Shown here: positions 39,977 through 49,516 of the stretch, piece by piece
Layout: each line of letters begins with the position of its first letter
How positions within the stretch are numbered: the first letter of the stretch is position 1
NCBI GenBank assembly: GCA_965200315.1
Contig: OZ241362.1
Location: 4,544,001-4,608,000 of the forward strand
Reading direction: 5' to 3'
Length of the DNA: 64,000 nt
Source of the DNA: Candidatus Latescibacterota bacterium
GTDB taxonomy: Bacteria; Latescibacterota; UBA2968; UBA8231
The notes under the pieces: model-generated
What the model was told of the DNA's origin: nothing
The model's database searches: none
Seen by the model: only the letters and a program-made list of their open reading frames with translations
Translations under genes and position numbers: made by a program

Positions 39977-41116
39977 ATGAACAAATTTTTGTTGCATCTA
40001 ACGGCTTTAGCGGTGTTGGGAGCCTCTGCCCTAAACGCCCAATCCCCGCAAGTAGGCGATCCGGCCCCCGGTTTCGTCTTGGACCGGCTCGATGGCGGCC
40101 AAGCAGCCTTGAGCGACTTCGCGGGACAAGTGGTGCTGATTTTTTTCGCCGGCTATGGCTGAAGTGCCTGTCTCTCGCGTGCCGAGAGCTTTGAAGAAAT
40201 CTGGCAGGAATTTGCCGACGAGCGCTTTGCCGCCTTGGTTGTCGATGCTTGGGACGGCACTGCGGCACAAGTGCGGGCCCGCTGGCGCTTAGCCAAGGGG
40301 GTTACGATGCCCCTCTTGCTGAACGCCTCCCAGATGACAATCGAGTACGGGCAAACCTACCAGACCTTTGCCATCATCGACCACGAGGGCATCTTCCGCT
40401 TCAAGACTAATTTCCTGATACCCATGAACGACCTCCGCGACGAGGTGATGCTGGCTCTGGCCGATTTGCCTCCCATCGAGGAGGAAGCGGACGAAGTGGA
40501 GGAAGCAGAGGAAACGGTCGAAACGGAGGAAGTGGTCGAAGCGGTCGAAGCGGTCGAAGCGGACGAAGCGGACGAAGCGGACGAAGCGGACGAAGTGGAG
40601 GAAGCAGAGGAAGCGGACGAAGCGGAGGAAGCGGTCGAGGCTGAGGAAACGGAGGAAGCGGTCGAAGTGGTCGAAGTGGTCGAAGCGGTCGAAGCGGAGG
40701 AAACGGCCAACAGCTTCGACGACATGTTTGAACACCTCGATAGGCAAGCGGAGCAAGCGGAGCAAGCGGAGGAAACGGAGGAAACGGACGAAGTGGTGGA
40801 GACGGTGGTGGAGGCGTTTGATCAGGCGTCTGTCCCCCAAGCCTTTTCGCTAGCCCAGAACGCGCCCAATCCGTTCAACGGCGAGACTGTGATCCGCTTT
40901 GCGCTGCCGCAACCGAGCCAAGCCGAGCTGGCGATCTACAACCTGCTCGGCCAGCCAGTGGCTGTGCTCGTACAGGGGCCTAGCGCGGCCGGGACATTCT
41001 CGGTGCGCTGGGACGGCCGCGACCAAATGGGACGAGCGGTGACCAGCGGAGTGTATCTCTACCAGTTGCGAGCCGGCGAGTACACAGAAGTCCGCAAGCT
41101 GCTGCTGCTCCAGTAG
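39977..41116 (+). CDS. Secreted selenocysteine-containing redoxin (AhpC/TSA-TlpA fold, UxxC) with acidic stalk and FlgD-Ig/T9SS-like C-terminal domain
   Basis: aaggagg RBS; signal peptide; VGDPAPGFVL..LSDFAGQVVLIFFAGYG-TGA(40160)-SAC; frame continues to QNAPNPFN..WDGRD..SGVYLY..KLLLLQ; SECIS-like hairpin. Confidence 0.85.
40163..40190 (+). promoter_or_regulatory. Putative bacterial SECIS element
   Basis: ctctcg-cgtgc-cgagag stem-loop at 40172-40188, starting 9 nt after the UGA, with GU in the loop. Confidence 0.6.
40478..40817 (+). repeat. Intragenic 9-bp degenerate tandem repeats encoding a Glu-rich stalk
   Basis: gaagcggac/gaagcggtc/gaagtggtc/gaaacggag units giving EAD/EAV/EVV/ETE. Confidence 0.85.
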
Positions 41117-41132
41117 AGGCACATCCAAGCAA

Positions 41133-41162
41133 CATCTGCGCTCATCGGCGTTCATCGGCGGC
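41133..41162. repeat. Decamer-family intergenic repeat (related copy)
   Basis: catctgcgct catcggcgtt catcggcggc between convergent genes. Confidence 0.55.
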
Positions 41163-42686
41163 TCAGAAGAAGCGGTTGAGCAGCCGGACTTCGACGCCGG
41201 TAAACCCTAGCACCTCATAGCAGATGCCAGCCGTGCAAGCTAGCCCCGAGCGGCGCTGGCCGGCGAAGACGTTGAGGATGTGGCCCTCGCCAATGTCGGC
41301 CCCAATGTTGAGGCCCCGCCACCACGTGATGCCAGAGGGATCGGCTCCGGTTTCCAACTCGTCGGAGGTGCGCTGGACCTGCACGGCGGCGGAGAGGCTG
41401 GGGGCGCGGTGGACCGCTAGGGCATAGTATTGGTTGGTGTAAGGAAGTGCTAGGTCGCCAAATCGCCGATCGACGTCTTGAAATTGCGCGTCGAACTCGA
41501 AGGTGTAGGACCCGTCTGGCAACCACTCCCAGTGCGTGCCCAAGAGGCGGCTTTTGTCGTCGAGGAGAATCTGGTTGTGGCTAAAGTCGGCAAAAAGCTG
41601 CACATCGGCACTTTGGCCCACGGGCGAATCCATCTGCACAAAGAATTCGCGCAGGACGTTGTCGTCGGCGGTGCCCGAATCGCGGCGGCGCGTGGCGCGG
41701 GTCGCATTGGCAATGAGGATTTGGCCGCTGGGTAGGACATAACTCAGTTCGGCTTGGTAGCCCTGCTCGTCGTCGGCGAGCACATCGTGCGTGATGCGAT
41801 TGAGGAGATAGGCCGAGTGTTCTCGGATTAAGGGCGGAGGGTCGTTGATGTGTTCGAGGGCAAAGTCCTCGTAGTCTTTGTATTCCAAGCTCAAGCCCCA
41901 CGGCCCGGATGCCCAAGTGGCCGCTAGGTACAGGGCGCGGCCCAAACTGCGGTCGAGCGAGAAGAAGCGGTCGAATGCCACATCGCGCTGAGCGTACTCG
42001 CCTTGGAGATCGGCATACACTCCGTTGAGGCCGAGGCGGGCCAGCAAAGGCGCGAGCCGCCAGCGTGCATTAAAGGCCGCGCTTGTTTCTTGCCGCCTGC
42101 CGGCTGGGTAGCGGATGGCGCTAACGCCAACGTCGAAATGCGGATGCGGCTTGAGCTGGAGCGATCCAGCGTGGAGCACGTCTGGACGTCGCTCAATCCC
42201 CTCCAAGCCGGGCGGCAGATTGCTGTTGATCGGCGCACCGCGCAACAGCAGCACTTCGGCCCGCTTGGCTCGGTAGCGCACCTGAACGCCGTCGAGATCG
42301 CGTACGATCTGGTAGCGACGGCGAGCACCCCGCTCCTCAGTGATGACGCCGGGCAGCTCAAAGGCGTGGAGGAGCAAGCCGCTGCCGATGATGGTGTAGA
42401 AATTGCCAACAGTAGCTTCAAAACCACTCCGGCGGTAGGAGGCAGAGCGCTGGAGGAGTTGGCCGTAGTTGCGATTGGTTGCACTAGAGCCAAAAGTCTC
42501 GCCGCGGACCCCGACTTGGAGGTCAGCGAGTGCATAGTCGAGGCTGAACTGGTGGTAGATCGTCCGCAGGTCGCTGGGCTTTGTGCCGGGCAGATTGCCG
42601 ACTTGGCCTTCGGTCAGAGCCGAAAGACGCAGCTCGGCTTGGAGAGGGGCGTCCAGCAGCAGTGTAAGTGCAAAAACGAAGCGCAT
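41163..42686 (-). CDS. DUF6029-like outer-membrane beta-barrel protein
   Basis: Signal peptide; TVGNFYTIIGSGLLL, LEYKDY..INDPPPLIREH, C-terminal GQRRSGLACTAGICYEVLGFTGVEVRLLNRFF ending in Phe. Confidence 0.7.
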   Translation of the reverse strand: MRFVFALTLLLDAPLQAELRLSALTEGQVGNLPGTKPSDLRTIYHQFSLDYALADLQVGVRGETFGSSATNRNYGQLLQRSASYRRSGFEATVGNFYTIIGSGLLLHAFELPGVITEERGARRRYQIVRDLDGVQVRYRAKRAEVLLLRGAPINSNLPPGLEGIERRPDVLHAGSLQLKPHPHFDVGVSAIRYPAGRRQETSAAFNARWRLAPLLARLGLNGVYADLQGEYAQRDVAFDRFFSLDRSLGRALYLAATWASGPWGLSLEYKDYEDFALEHINDPPPLIREHSAYLLNRITHDVLADDEQGYQAELSYVLPSGQILIANATRATRRRDSGTADDNVLREFFVQMDSPVGQSADVQLFADFSHNQILLDDKSRLLGTHWEWLPDGSYTFEFDAQFQDVDRRFGDLALPYTNQYYALAVHRAPSLSAAVQVQRTSDELETGADPSGITWWRGLNIGADIGEGHILNVFAGQRRSGLACTAGICYEVLGFTGVEVRLLNRFF

Positions 42687-42766
42687 GGCTTGGGTCCTAG
42701 CTATAATGTGGTTAGTGGTGGTCCTAGCTATCGGCTACTCAAATTTTAGCAGAACGGAGCTTAAAC

Positions 42767-43261
42767 ATGAAACCAATTTTCGCATGGGCAACCTGCTTGC
42801 TGCTCGTCGCCGCGGCTCGCGCCGAAAAAGCACCGCAACTCGTGTTGGAAAACCTCGATGGATCGACCTTTTTGCTGGTGGAGGCGCTCAAAAAAGGGCC
42901 GGTGGTCTTCGACTTCTGGGCGACTTGGTGCAAGCCCTGTATCAAGAGTCTGCCCAAGGTCCAAGCCCTATCCGAAAAATACGCCGAGCGCGGCGTCCAA
43001 GTGCTGACGATCAACGTCGATGGCCCGAGAAACCTGCCCAAAGTGCGGCCCTTTATGCAGCGCCACAAGCTCAAACTGCCGGTTTTGCTCGACAAGACCA
43101 ACGAGGTGCTCAAGCAATTTCACCTATCCGGCGTCCCGGCGACCCTGATTATTGCGGCTGACGGGACGGTGTGGTACAAGCATCAGGGGTATCGGCCCGG
43201 CGACGAGCAGAAGCTCAAGGCCAAACTAGACGAATTGCTCGGCCCCCCAGAGGACGAATAA
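42767..43261 (+). CDS. TlpA-family exported thiol-disulfide oxidoreductase
   Basis: Signal peptide; DFWATWCKPC; GVPAT; HQGYRPGDE. Confidence 0.9.
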   Translation: MKPIFAWATCLLLVAAARAEKAPQLVLENLDGSTFLLVEALKKGPVVFDFWATWCKPCIKSLPKVQALSEKYAERGVQVLTINVDGPRNLPKVRPFMQRHKLKLPVLLDKTNEVLKQFHLSGVPATLIIAADGTVWYKHQGYRPGDEQKLKAKLDELLGPPEDE

Positions 43262-43279
43262 GCGACTGCTCACACTTCC

Positions 43280-43471
43280 TTACCCGCGAACGTCTATCGC
43301 GTATTGTTTGATCTTCCGCTGCAAATTTCTCCGAGTCAATTTAATCGCTGCTGCGGCCCGACTTACGTTGCCGTTGGCCCTCTCTAGGGCCCGTCGGAGA
43401 AATAGCCGCTCAAACTGTTCGCGCGCCTCGTGGAAAAGCTGCGGAATGTCGTAGTTCCATCCCACCGGCAA
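43280..43471 (-). pseudogene. Fis-type HTH fragment (C-terminus of a sigma54 activator)
   Basis: EAREQFERLFLRRALERANGNVSRAAAAIKLTRRNLQRKIKQY with no AAA+ domain; an IS fragment lies upstream. Confidence 0.65.
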
Positions 43472-43494
43472 GGGAAGCAGGCAGATGTTTGAGT

Positions 43495-43640
43495 TCAGTG
43501 GATCATGGCAATCTGAATCAACGCCTCGCTATGTCGGGTCAACTCCTCATAATCGCGGGCATGACGACGAAAATTCATTAACCATGCCAACGTGCGCTCG
43601 CCGACCCAATGGCGTTTAAGGAGGGTAAACGCCGTCCGTA
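43495..43640 (-). mobile_element. IS5-family transposase C-terminal fragment
   Basis: FTLLKRHWVGERTLAWLMNFRRHARDYEE..SEALIQIAMI resembles the RWVVERT.AW..RRL.RDYE motif. Confidence 0.75.
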
Positions 43641-43798
43641 CAGCGTGAACGCTGTCAGATGCACCTCGTCCGGCAATGCCTCTTTGAGCGAGAGGCGGAT
43701 ATCGCCCCCGCATGATTCCAGTCCGAAACGGCTATCTTCTACGATGTCTAGACCTGCTAGAGATAGTCACCTAATACACTATTTACAGGCATCAATCG

Positions 43799-43849
43799 GC
43801 AGGGCGTACAACGTGCAACGCGGTCCAATAGCAGCATTGTACGCCCTGC
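43799..43849. repeat. REP-like palindrome / possible terminator after the lactonase gene
   Basis: 13-bp perfect arms gcagggcgtacaa...ttgtacgccctgc. Confidence 0.65.
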
Positions 43850-43858
43850 TATCTATCC

Positions 43859-44932
43859 CTAAAAAACTGGAATGAACTTGTGGCACACGGGCGAGGGGAC
43901 TTCGGCCTTGTGGCCGGTAGGCGTGAGCTTGCCGGTGTCTGGATCGACTCGGAAGGTGAAGATGTCGTTGGTGCTGTGGTTGCCGACGATTAGGTAGGTG
44001 CCCGTGGGGTCGAGGCCGAAGTTGCGCGGGTTGACACCACCGGTTGGCACGATCTCGACGAGTGCGAGCTGGCCGCTGTCTTGGTCGATGGCATAGACGG
44101 CAATGGAGTCGTGGCCGCGGTTGGACCCGTAGAGGAAGCGGCCGTTGGGGTGGACGTGGATGTCGGCGGTGTGGCTGACTTCCGCATAGCCGGCGGGCAG
44201 CGTCGAGATGGTCTGGATGGTGGTGAGTGTGCCGGCGTCAGCGTCGTAGTCGAAAGCCGTGATGGTGTTGCTCAACTCGTTGATGACGTAAGCCCTTTGG
44301 CTGTCGGGGTGGAAGGCGAGGTGGCGCGGGCCGCTACCGGGGGCGATTTCCGCAGGCTTCTGGGCGCTGAGCTTGCCATTTACGTGGTCAATCGCATAGA
44401 TGAGCACCTTGTCGATACCCAAGTCTGGGGCAAAGGCGTGTTTGTTGTTGGGGGCAACCATAATCGAGTGGGCATGCGGCCCCTCTTGGCGGCCCGGATT
44501 GACCGAGGACCCCTCGTGTTGGACAAAATCCGTGGCCGGGCCGAGCGAGCCATCTTCCCGAATCGGCAGGATTGCGACGCTGCCGCCGCCGTAATTGGCG
44601 ACCAGCGCGTACTGGCCAGCGCGGTCAATGCTGATGTGGCAGGGGCCGGGGCCAACGGTCGATTCGGTGTTGATGTGGGTGAGGGCACCGCTCTGCTGGT
44701 CAATGGCAAAGGCCGCAACCGCGCCGCCGGGCCGGCCGCCGACATCGCTAGTCTCGCCGATGGCGTAGAGGAAGCGGCGGTTGGGCTCGATGTCGAGGAA
44801 GGAAGGGTTGTCAATGCCGCCAATGCTGCTTTGATGCGCGAGCGCACCGGTGGCCATGTCGAGGCGATAGACGTGGATGCCGTCCTCGTCGCCGCTGGAA
44901 TAGGTGCCGACATAGACGAGATAATCGCTCAT
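43859..44932 (-). CDS. pgl: 6-phosphogluconolactonase (7-bladed lactonase family)
   Basis: YVGTY, NPSFL, GPCH, ANYGGG, PHAH, GSGPRH, SNRGHDSI, PRNF. ATG 44932 follows an aaggag RBS. Confidence 0.85.
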   Translation of the reverse strand: MSDYLVYVGTYSSGDEDGIHVYRLDMATGALAHQSSIGGIDNPSFLDIEPNRRFLYAIGETSDVGGRPGGAVAAFAIDQQSGALTHINTESTVGPGPCHISIDRAGQYALVANYGGGSVAILPIREDGSLGPATDFVQHEGSSVNPGRQEGPHAHSIMVAPNNKHAFAPDLGIDKVLIYAIDHVNGKLSAQKPAEIAPGSGPRHLAFHPDSQRAYVINELSNTITAFDYDADAGTLTTIQTISTLPAGYAEVSHTADIHVHPNGRFLYGSNRGHDSIAVYAIDQDSGQLALVEIVPTGGVNPRNFGLDPTGTYLIVGNHSTNDIFTFRVDPDTGKLTPTGHKAEVPSPVCHKFIPVF

Positions 44933-45095
44933 GGAGGAACTCCTTTGGGTTGTGAAGGCGATGGAAGGGAGAAAGAGAAGCACAGATAACAAGGCATTCG
45001 TTACAAACCGCATCGTTTCACCAAAACACTGTTGAACTTTCGCAAGCGACAGACCTAATCCCATAAATCCTGCCAATCCCGTTAATTTCTGATCT

Positions 45096-47441
45096 CTAAT
45101 AGACAACCGAAATCGCACCTGTGTGCGTCCCCGGCCCCGACTCGGCTCCCAGATCGAGGCGGTAGAGATACATGCCCGGCGCGACCACGGCTCCCGCCTC
45201 GTCGCGAGCCGTCCAAGTGAAGCGATGACCTGTTGAGGTCGGAGTGGATTCGACCACAGCGACTTGGCGGCCCGCTAGGTCGTAGAGCGCGAGCATAGGA
45301 GTTGCTGCGTCTAACTTAAAGACCACAAAGTGCATGTCGAGCGCGTCGTTGACCCCGTCGCCGTTGGGCGTGATCACGGGCGAGGCCAGTTCCAATGAGT
45401 CGATGAGTTGGCCGTGCTCGGCTAGCTCGGGTAGCATTACTACCTGAGAGCGGCGCTCGGCTGGCTCGACCGACTGCCAAAGACCGGGCCGCTCGCTCAA
45501 CCCGAGGTCGAGGGGAAAAACCGTGGCATTGTGCAAGACTCGCGTCGTGAAACCCACCCGAACCGAGTCCCCGGTCACGATGTGTGGCAAGGCGACCAAC
45601 AGCGAGTCGCCCCGCTGATCGACGCGGGCAGGTTCGACCGGCGCGGAGCCGATGTGTAGCTCGAGGTCCTCGGCGTCAATCCGGCCCGGCACTGTAAAGC
45701 GCAACAGGTCGAAACCCGAGTCCTCAGCCTCCATCTGCGGCCACAGTGTATAGGTGAAACGGGTGTCCTCGTTGGGGATGGCTTGGCGCGGCTCAATGCG
45801 GCCCACCGCACCCTGTAACAGCGCGTCCTCAAACTCGACCGAGAGCGAATGGACCACCGGTGCCACGTTGGGGGCATCGGTGGAGAGGATCATCTCCAGC
45901 AGGATGAAGCGGCGCGGGCTTTCCGATTGAAATGCCTCGCCCGGGAACGGATAGACATTGCTCCACTCACCCCAATCCTCGCCCACCACGAGCGTCGTAT
46001 CGACCGGGCCGCGCAGTACCTTGGGCGAACTCTTCCATTTCTCCTCGGTGACCTGTTCGCCGATCTTGTTGTAAAACGTATAGACCGGCTCTAGCGAGTT
46101 GCCCGAGCGCGAGCGCAGTTGCAGGCGGGTGCCCGCGGCCAACTCGGCATCCCAAGAGAGGCTTTTGATGACTTTTGGACGCCCGTCGCCCGAGGTTTGT
46201 CCTAAGTCGATGAAGTCCGAGTGCAATACTACTTCAGCGGGATAGCCCGGAGAGAAAAGCATGAACTCGGCCCATTTGACGATGCCCCAGCCGGTGTCCT
46301 TGATGCCGTGCCAGAAGAAGTAGCGCATCTTGCGCGGCTTGAACATATAGCGAATGTAGAGCAGGCGGTCGGCATTGGGATTGATGTGGGTCAGGAGCTC
46401 TGTGTAGTCAAACGCATCGGGCACGGGCAGATTGGAACTGAGGCTGTGGGTGCCATCTGAATAGAGTACGGTATGACCCGGGCCGGTGCCACTGATCGAG
46501 AAGCCCACCAAGCCCTCGTCGGGCCTAAAGGAATAGAGAAAGAATTCATCGACGAAGAACACCGCCCCCAAATCCACTCCGAACCACACCCCACCCTCCT
46601 TCCAGCCGAGGCTGCCATACGAAGAGCCGATGAGGTTGTTGGTGTTCATGTCGGCGTCGAAGAGGTTTTGCGGATCGACCGAATTGATCCCATTGACAAA
46701 ACGGCCCCGCTGCATGGTGCCGATGCTGATGTTGTCGCCGATGCCGCGGACCTCAATTTCGGCCAAGGCCGCGTCCGGCGTCTTCTCTTCGGCCTCAATG
46801 CGAATGCGCTGGATCACCCGATAGTTGTTTTTGGCCATCGGGTCGATACCCAAGCCCTCGTCGAGCTGAAATACACTGTCGCGAGCAGTGAATCCGAGGG
46901 GGATGACGATTTCGCTGGCCGCGTTGGGCCGGGTCGTGCGGAAAAGCGGATCCAGCAGCACCAAGTCGTCTTGGACCGAGATGCGGGTCCCCGTGCTGCC
47001 GTACACGGTAAACTGGTGGAAGGGACGCGCGCCCTCCTCGTCGGGAAAAACGAGGCGTATCTCCCGGGCCAACACGGCGCGGCCCAAGTCTATCTCAATG
47101 GCCCAGTCCTCGACGGCATCCGCTGGATCTGGACGCCAGAAGGTCTGGAGATTCCCGTCGATGATGAGGTCCGCATCGGCAGGGTTGGAGGTCGCCTCCC
47201 AGAGGCCGCCCGTAGTTCGCCCGCGGCTTTTGCTCTCATAGGAGAAGCGATGGGCATCGGCGACTGCGTTGATGTCCTTGCGGAACTTGACGAGCTGTAG
47301 CTGGCCGTTCTCGCCCACTTCAGTCAGGCCGAGAGGCACCTGCCAAGTCGCCCAAGCATCTTGCCCTTGGAAGGTCAGGGTTTCGCTGCTAACGGCCATG
47401 GCCACAACCGCGACGCAGACGAGCGGCAAAAGAAATCGCAT
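45096..47441 (-). CDS. Large secreted protein with C-terminal FlgD Ig-like domain
   Basis: Signal peptide; IEIDLGR; VITPNGDGVND..WTARDEAG..PGMYLY. Confidence 0.8.
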   Translation of the reverse strand: MRFLLPLVCVAVVAMAVSSETLTFQGQDAWATWQVPLGLTEVGENGQLQLVKFRKDINAVADAHRFSYESKSRGRTTGGLWEATSNPADADLIIDGNLQTFWRPDPADAVEDWAIEIDLGRAVLAREIRLVFPDEEGARPFHQFTVYGSTGTRISVQDDLVLLDPLFRTTRPNAASEIVIPLGFTARDSVFQLDEGLGIDPMAKNNYRVIQRIRIEAEEKTPDAALAEIEVRGIGDNISIGTMQRGRFVNGINSVDPQNLFDADMNTNNLIGSSYGSLGWKEGGVWFGVDLGAVFFVDEFFLYSFRPDEGLVGFSISGTGPGHTVLYSDGTHSLSSNLPVPDAFDYTELLTHINPNADRLLYIRYMFKPRKMRYFFWHGIKDTGWGIVKWAEFMLFSPGYPAEVVLHSDFIDLGQTSGDGRPKVIKSLSWDAELAAGTRLQLRSRSGNSLEPVYTFYNKIGEQVTEEKWKSSPKVLRGPVDTTLVVGEDWGEWSNVYPFPGEAFQSESPRRFILLEMILSTDAPNVAPVVHSLSVEFEDALLQGAVGRIEPRQAIPNEDTRFTYTLWPQMEAEDSGFDLLRFTVPGRIDAEDLELHIGSAPVEPARVDQRGDSLLVALPHIVTGDSVRVGFTTRVLHNATVFPLDLGLSERPGLWQSVEPAERRSQVVMLPELAEHGQLIDSLELASPVITPNGDGVNDALDMHFVVFKLDAATPMLALYDLAGRQVAVVESTPTSTGHRFTWTARDEAGAVVAPGMYLYRLDLGAESGPGTHTGAISVVY

Positions 47442-47454
47442 CGTTCCCCCGCCC

Positions 47455-49506
47455 TCAGTACGCTACGCCCACAGGTCGGAGCAAGGCGGCAGCGCGGTGC
47501 TCGGATTGCAGGACCACGGAGATTAGGTACACGCCCGGCGGCAGGGCATGGCCGGCTGAGTCGCGTCCGTCCCAGCGGGCCGTTTGCGGGCCGGCTGTTT
47601 GCAATCCTTGGGACACGGTCGCCACGTGGCGACCGTCGAGCGCATAGACCGCTAGTTCGACGGGCACTTGTTCCGGCAGGCCATAGAGGGAATAGGCCAT
47701 GCGAAGCTCGTCGTGAACGCCGTCGCCATTGGGCGTCAACACAGGCGTTGAAAAGCGCAAGTTTTGCACCAAAGCAGGTTGTTGATCCGAAACGCTAAGG
47801 ACGCGCAGACTGTTCGTGGAGAGCAGTTCGCTGGCGTCGCCAGAGACGATGGGTTGAGGCAAGGTCTCGAGCTCTGAGTCGGTGACGGTGCCCAAGAACG
47901 TGGTGGCTAGTTCAAACACTTCCGCGGCAAAGACGATGCGCAACGGCGCGTTGTTGGCGCGGGTAACGCGCTCTGGCAGGAGTACTGTCAGGCCGTCATT
48001 CTCTTCGCGGATGGCGGCCGGGTCGGTCGCTTGGCCGCCGACGAGCAACTCTTTGAACGCGGGCCGGGCACCCGTTTGGATATGCACTTGGTCGAAGCCG
48101 CGCTGATTCCCCCCTGAGAAGGAGGCCGACAGGTCGTACGCAAATTCGACCATTTCGCCCAAGGCCACCTCGCCGAACCCGTGCGCGGGCCGTGGGTTGG
48201 CGAGCGGGGCCACTTCGCCGAGGACGCGCGCCGCTAACAGCGGTGCCCGCTCGACCCACAGCGAATCCAAGCGCACAAAATCCGCAAAGCGAGTACTGTG
48301 CAACGTGATGAACACCTGTATGAAGGAGCCGCTGTCGAGATGGAGCGGCAGGCCCGACTGAGTGGTGGGCGTTGACCAGAAGGTCCAGTTGTCGCGGTCG
48401 TAGGTAATTGCGGCCCGCATTCCAGGACGGGGGCTGCGCTGGACAAAGTCACAGGAGGCGCACGTGCGGGCAAACCCGGTGCGGAGATCGTTCTCGTAGC
48501 GGGCGCGGGAGACAACCTTCTCCTTGCCGGTGACCGTGTACTCGTGATAGATGTTCGGGTCGTCGTCTCGACCTGTGCGAACCTCGACCTCGGCGAAAGC
48601 CCGTGCATCGGGAGCCGCGACGGCCTCGCCAGCGACAAAGCGCATCGGCGTGGCGGTAAAGAACAGCCGGCCAAAGTTTTGCTCGGCCCCGAGGTCGATG
48701 ATTTTGGAGCGGTACGTGGCCCTCTTGGGAAAGCCCTCGCCATAGACCTCGAACTCGCTGATGGTGCCCAAGAGCGAGCGAGCTTGATTGCCTTGGCCGC
48801 CGGACGTGCCGCTAACGCGGGTCAAGGCCGTCTCGTCGATGATGGAGAATTTGCGGGCCCAGCGAAAGAAGCGCACGTATTGCTGGTCGAAACCAATGCG
48901 CACGTCAGGCGCAAAATTTTGCGTCGGCTCGGCGACAATTCTTGCGAGGGGCAGCGGGCCTTTGATGGCGAAAATCTCGCTGTTTTTCTCTTGAATCGAG
49001 ATTTGGAAGGCCGGCGTCGAATCCGTGCGCAGCGGTGTGCCGTCGGAGCGGAAACCACCCGAAGGGGTGTGGAAGCCAAAGGTGTGTGCCGGCATGGGTA
49101 CGGCCAAGTCAATGGTGAAAAACTGCTTGCCAACGCCCTCGGCCTTGGAGGAATTGTAAGTGGTGCTGTCGGCATCTATGAGCGCGACGCCGTTTTCGGT
49201 TGGGTCGCCGTTGCCCTCGTTCCACTTCCAAATGCGCGGTCGCTCGCCGTCGATATAGCCCAGTTCTTTGGGCTGGCGAAAGGTCGTCCAGTTGCTGAGC
49301 AGGGAAATGATGTTGACGCCCGGCTCGACGTGCACTGGCTGAATGGCACCAAGGACGCGGTCAAAGTCAATCATAATGCTGGCCGTGTCTTGGCCAGCCC
49401 AAGGCTGGCTGCCGCCGAGTTGCCAAGTCGTCACCTCGGCTTTTAGGGCGGCCGGAGCCAGAAGCGCGATAGCGACGATGAGCGCGAAGCTGCGGATATT
49501 CAGCAT
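47455..49506 (-). CDS. Large secreted protein with C-terminal FlgD Ig-like domain (paralog)
   Basis: Signal peptide from MLNIRS; EFEVYGEGF, VRTGRDDDP, VLTPNGDGVHD..WDGRD..PGVYL. Confidence 0.8.
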   Translation of the reverse strand: MLNIRSFALIVAIALLAPAALKAEVTTWQLGGSQPWAGQDTASIMIDFDRVLGAIQPVHVEPGVNIISLLSNWTTFRQPKELGYIDGERPRIWKWNEGNGDPTENGVALIDADSTTYNSSKAEGVGKQFFTIDLAVPMPAHTFGFHTPSGGFRSDGTPLRTDSTPAFQISIQEKNSEIFAIKGPLPLARIVAEPTQNFAPDVRIGFDQQYVRFFRWARKFSIIDETALTRVSGTSGGQGNQARSLLGTISEFEVYGEGFPKRATYRSKIIDLGAEQNFGRLFFTATPMRFVAGEAVAAPDARAFAEVEVRTGRDDDPNIYHEYTVTGKEKVVSRARYENDLRTGFARTCASCDFVQRSPRPGMRAAITYDRDNWTFWSTPTTQSGLPLHLDSGSFIQVFITLHSTRFADFVRLDSLWVERAPLLAARVLGEVAPLANPRPAHGFGEVALGEMVEFAYDLSASFSGGNQRGFDQVHIQTGARPAFKELLVGGQATDPAAIREENDGLTVLLPERVTRANNAPLRIVFAAEVFELATTFLGTVTDSELETLPQPIVSGDASELLSTNSLRVLSVSDQQPALVQNLRFSTPVLTPNGDGVHDELRMAYSLYGLPEQVPVELAVYALDGRHVATVSQGLQTAGPQTARWDGRDSAGHALPPGVYLISVVLQSEHRAAALLRPVGVAY

Positions 49507-49516
49507 ATTCTGACTC

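Noticed and set aside
40289-40840. Antisense ORFs with RF/SSA repeats
   Set aside because: Shadows of the 9-bp repeats encoding the Glu-rich stalk
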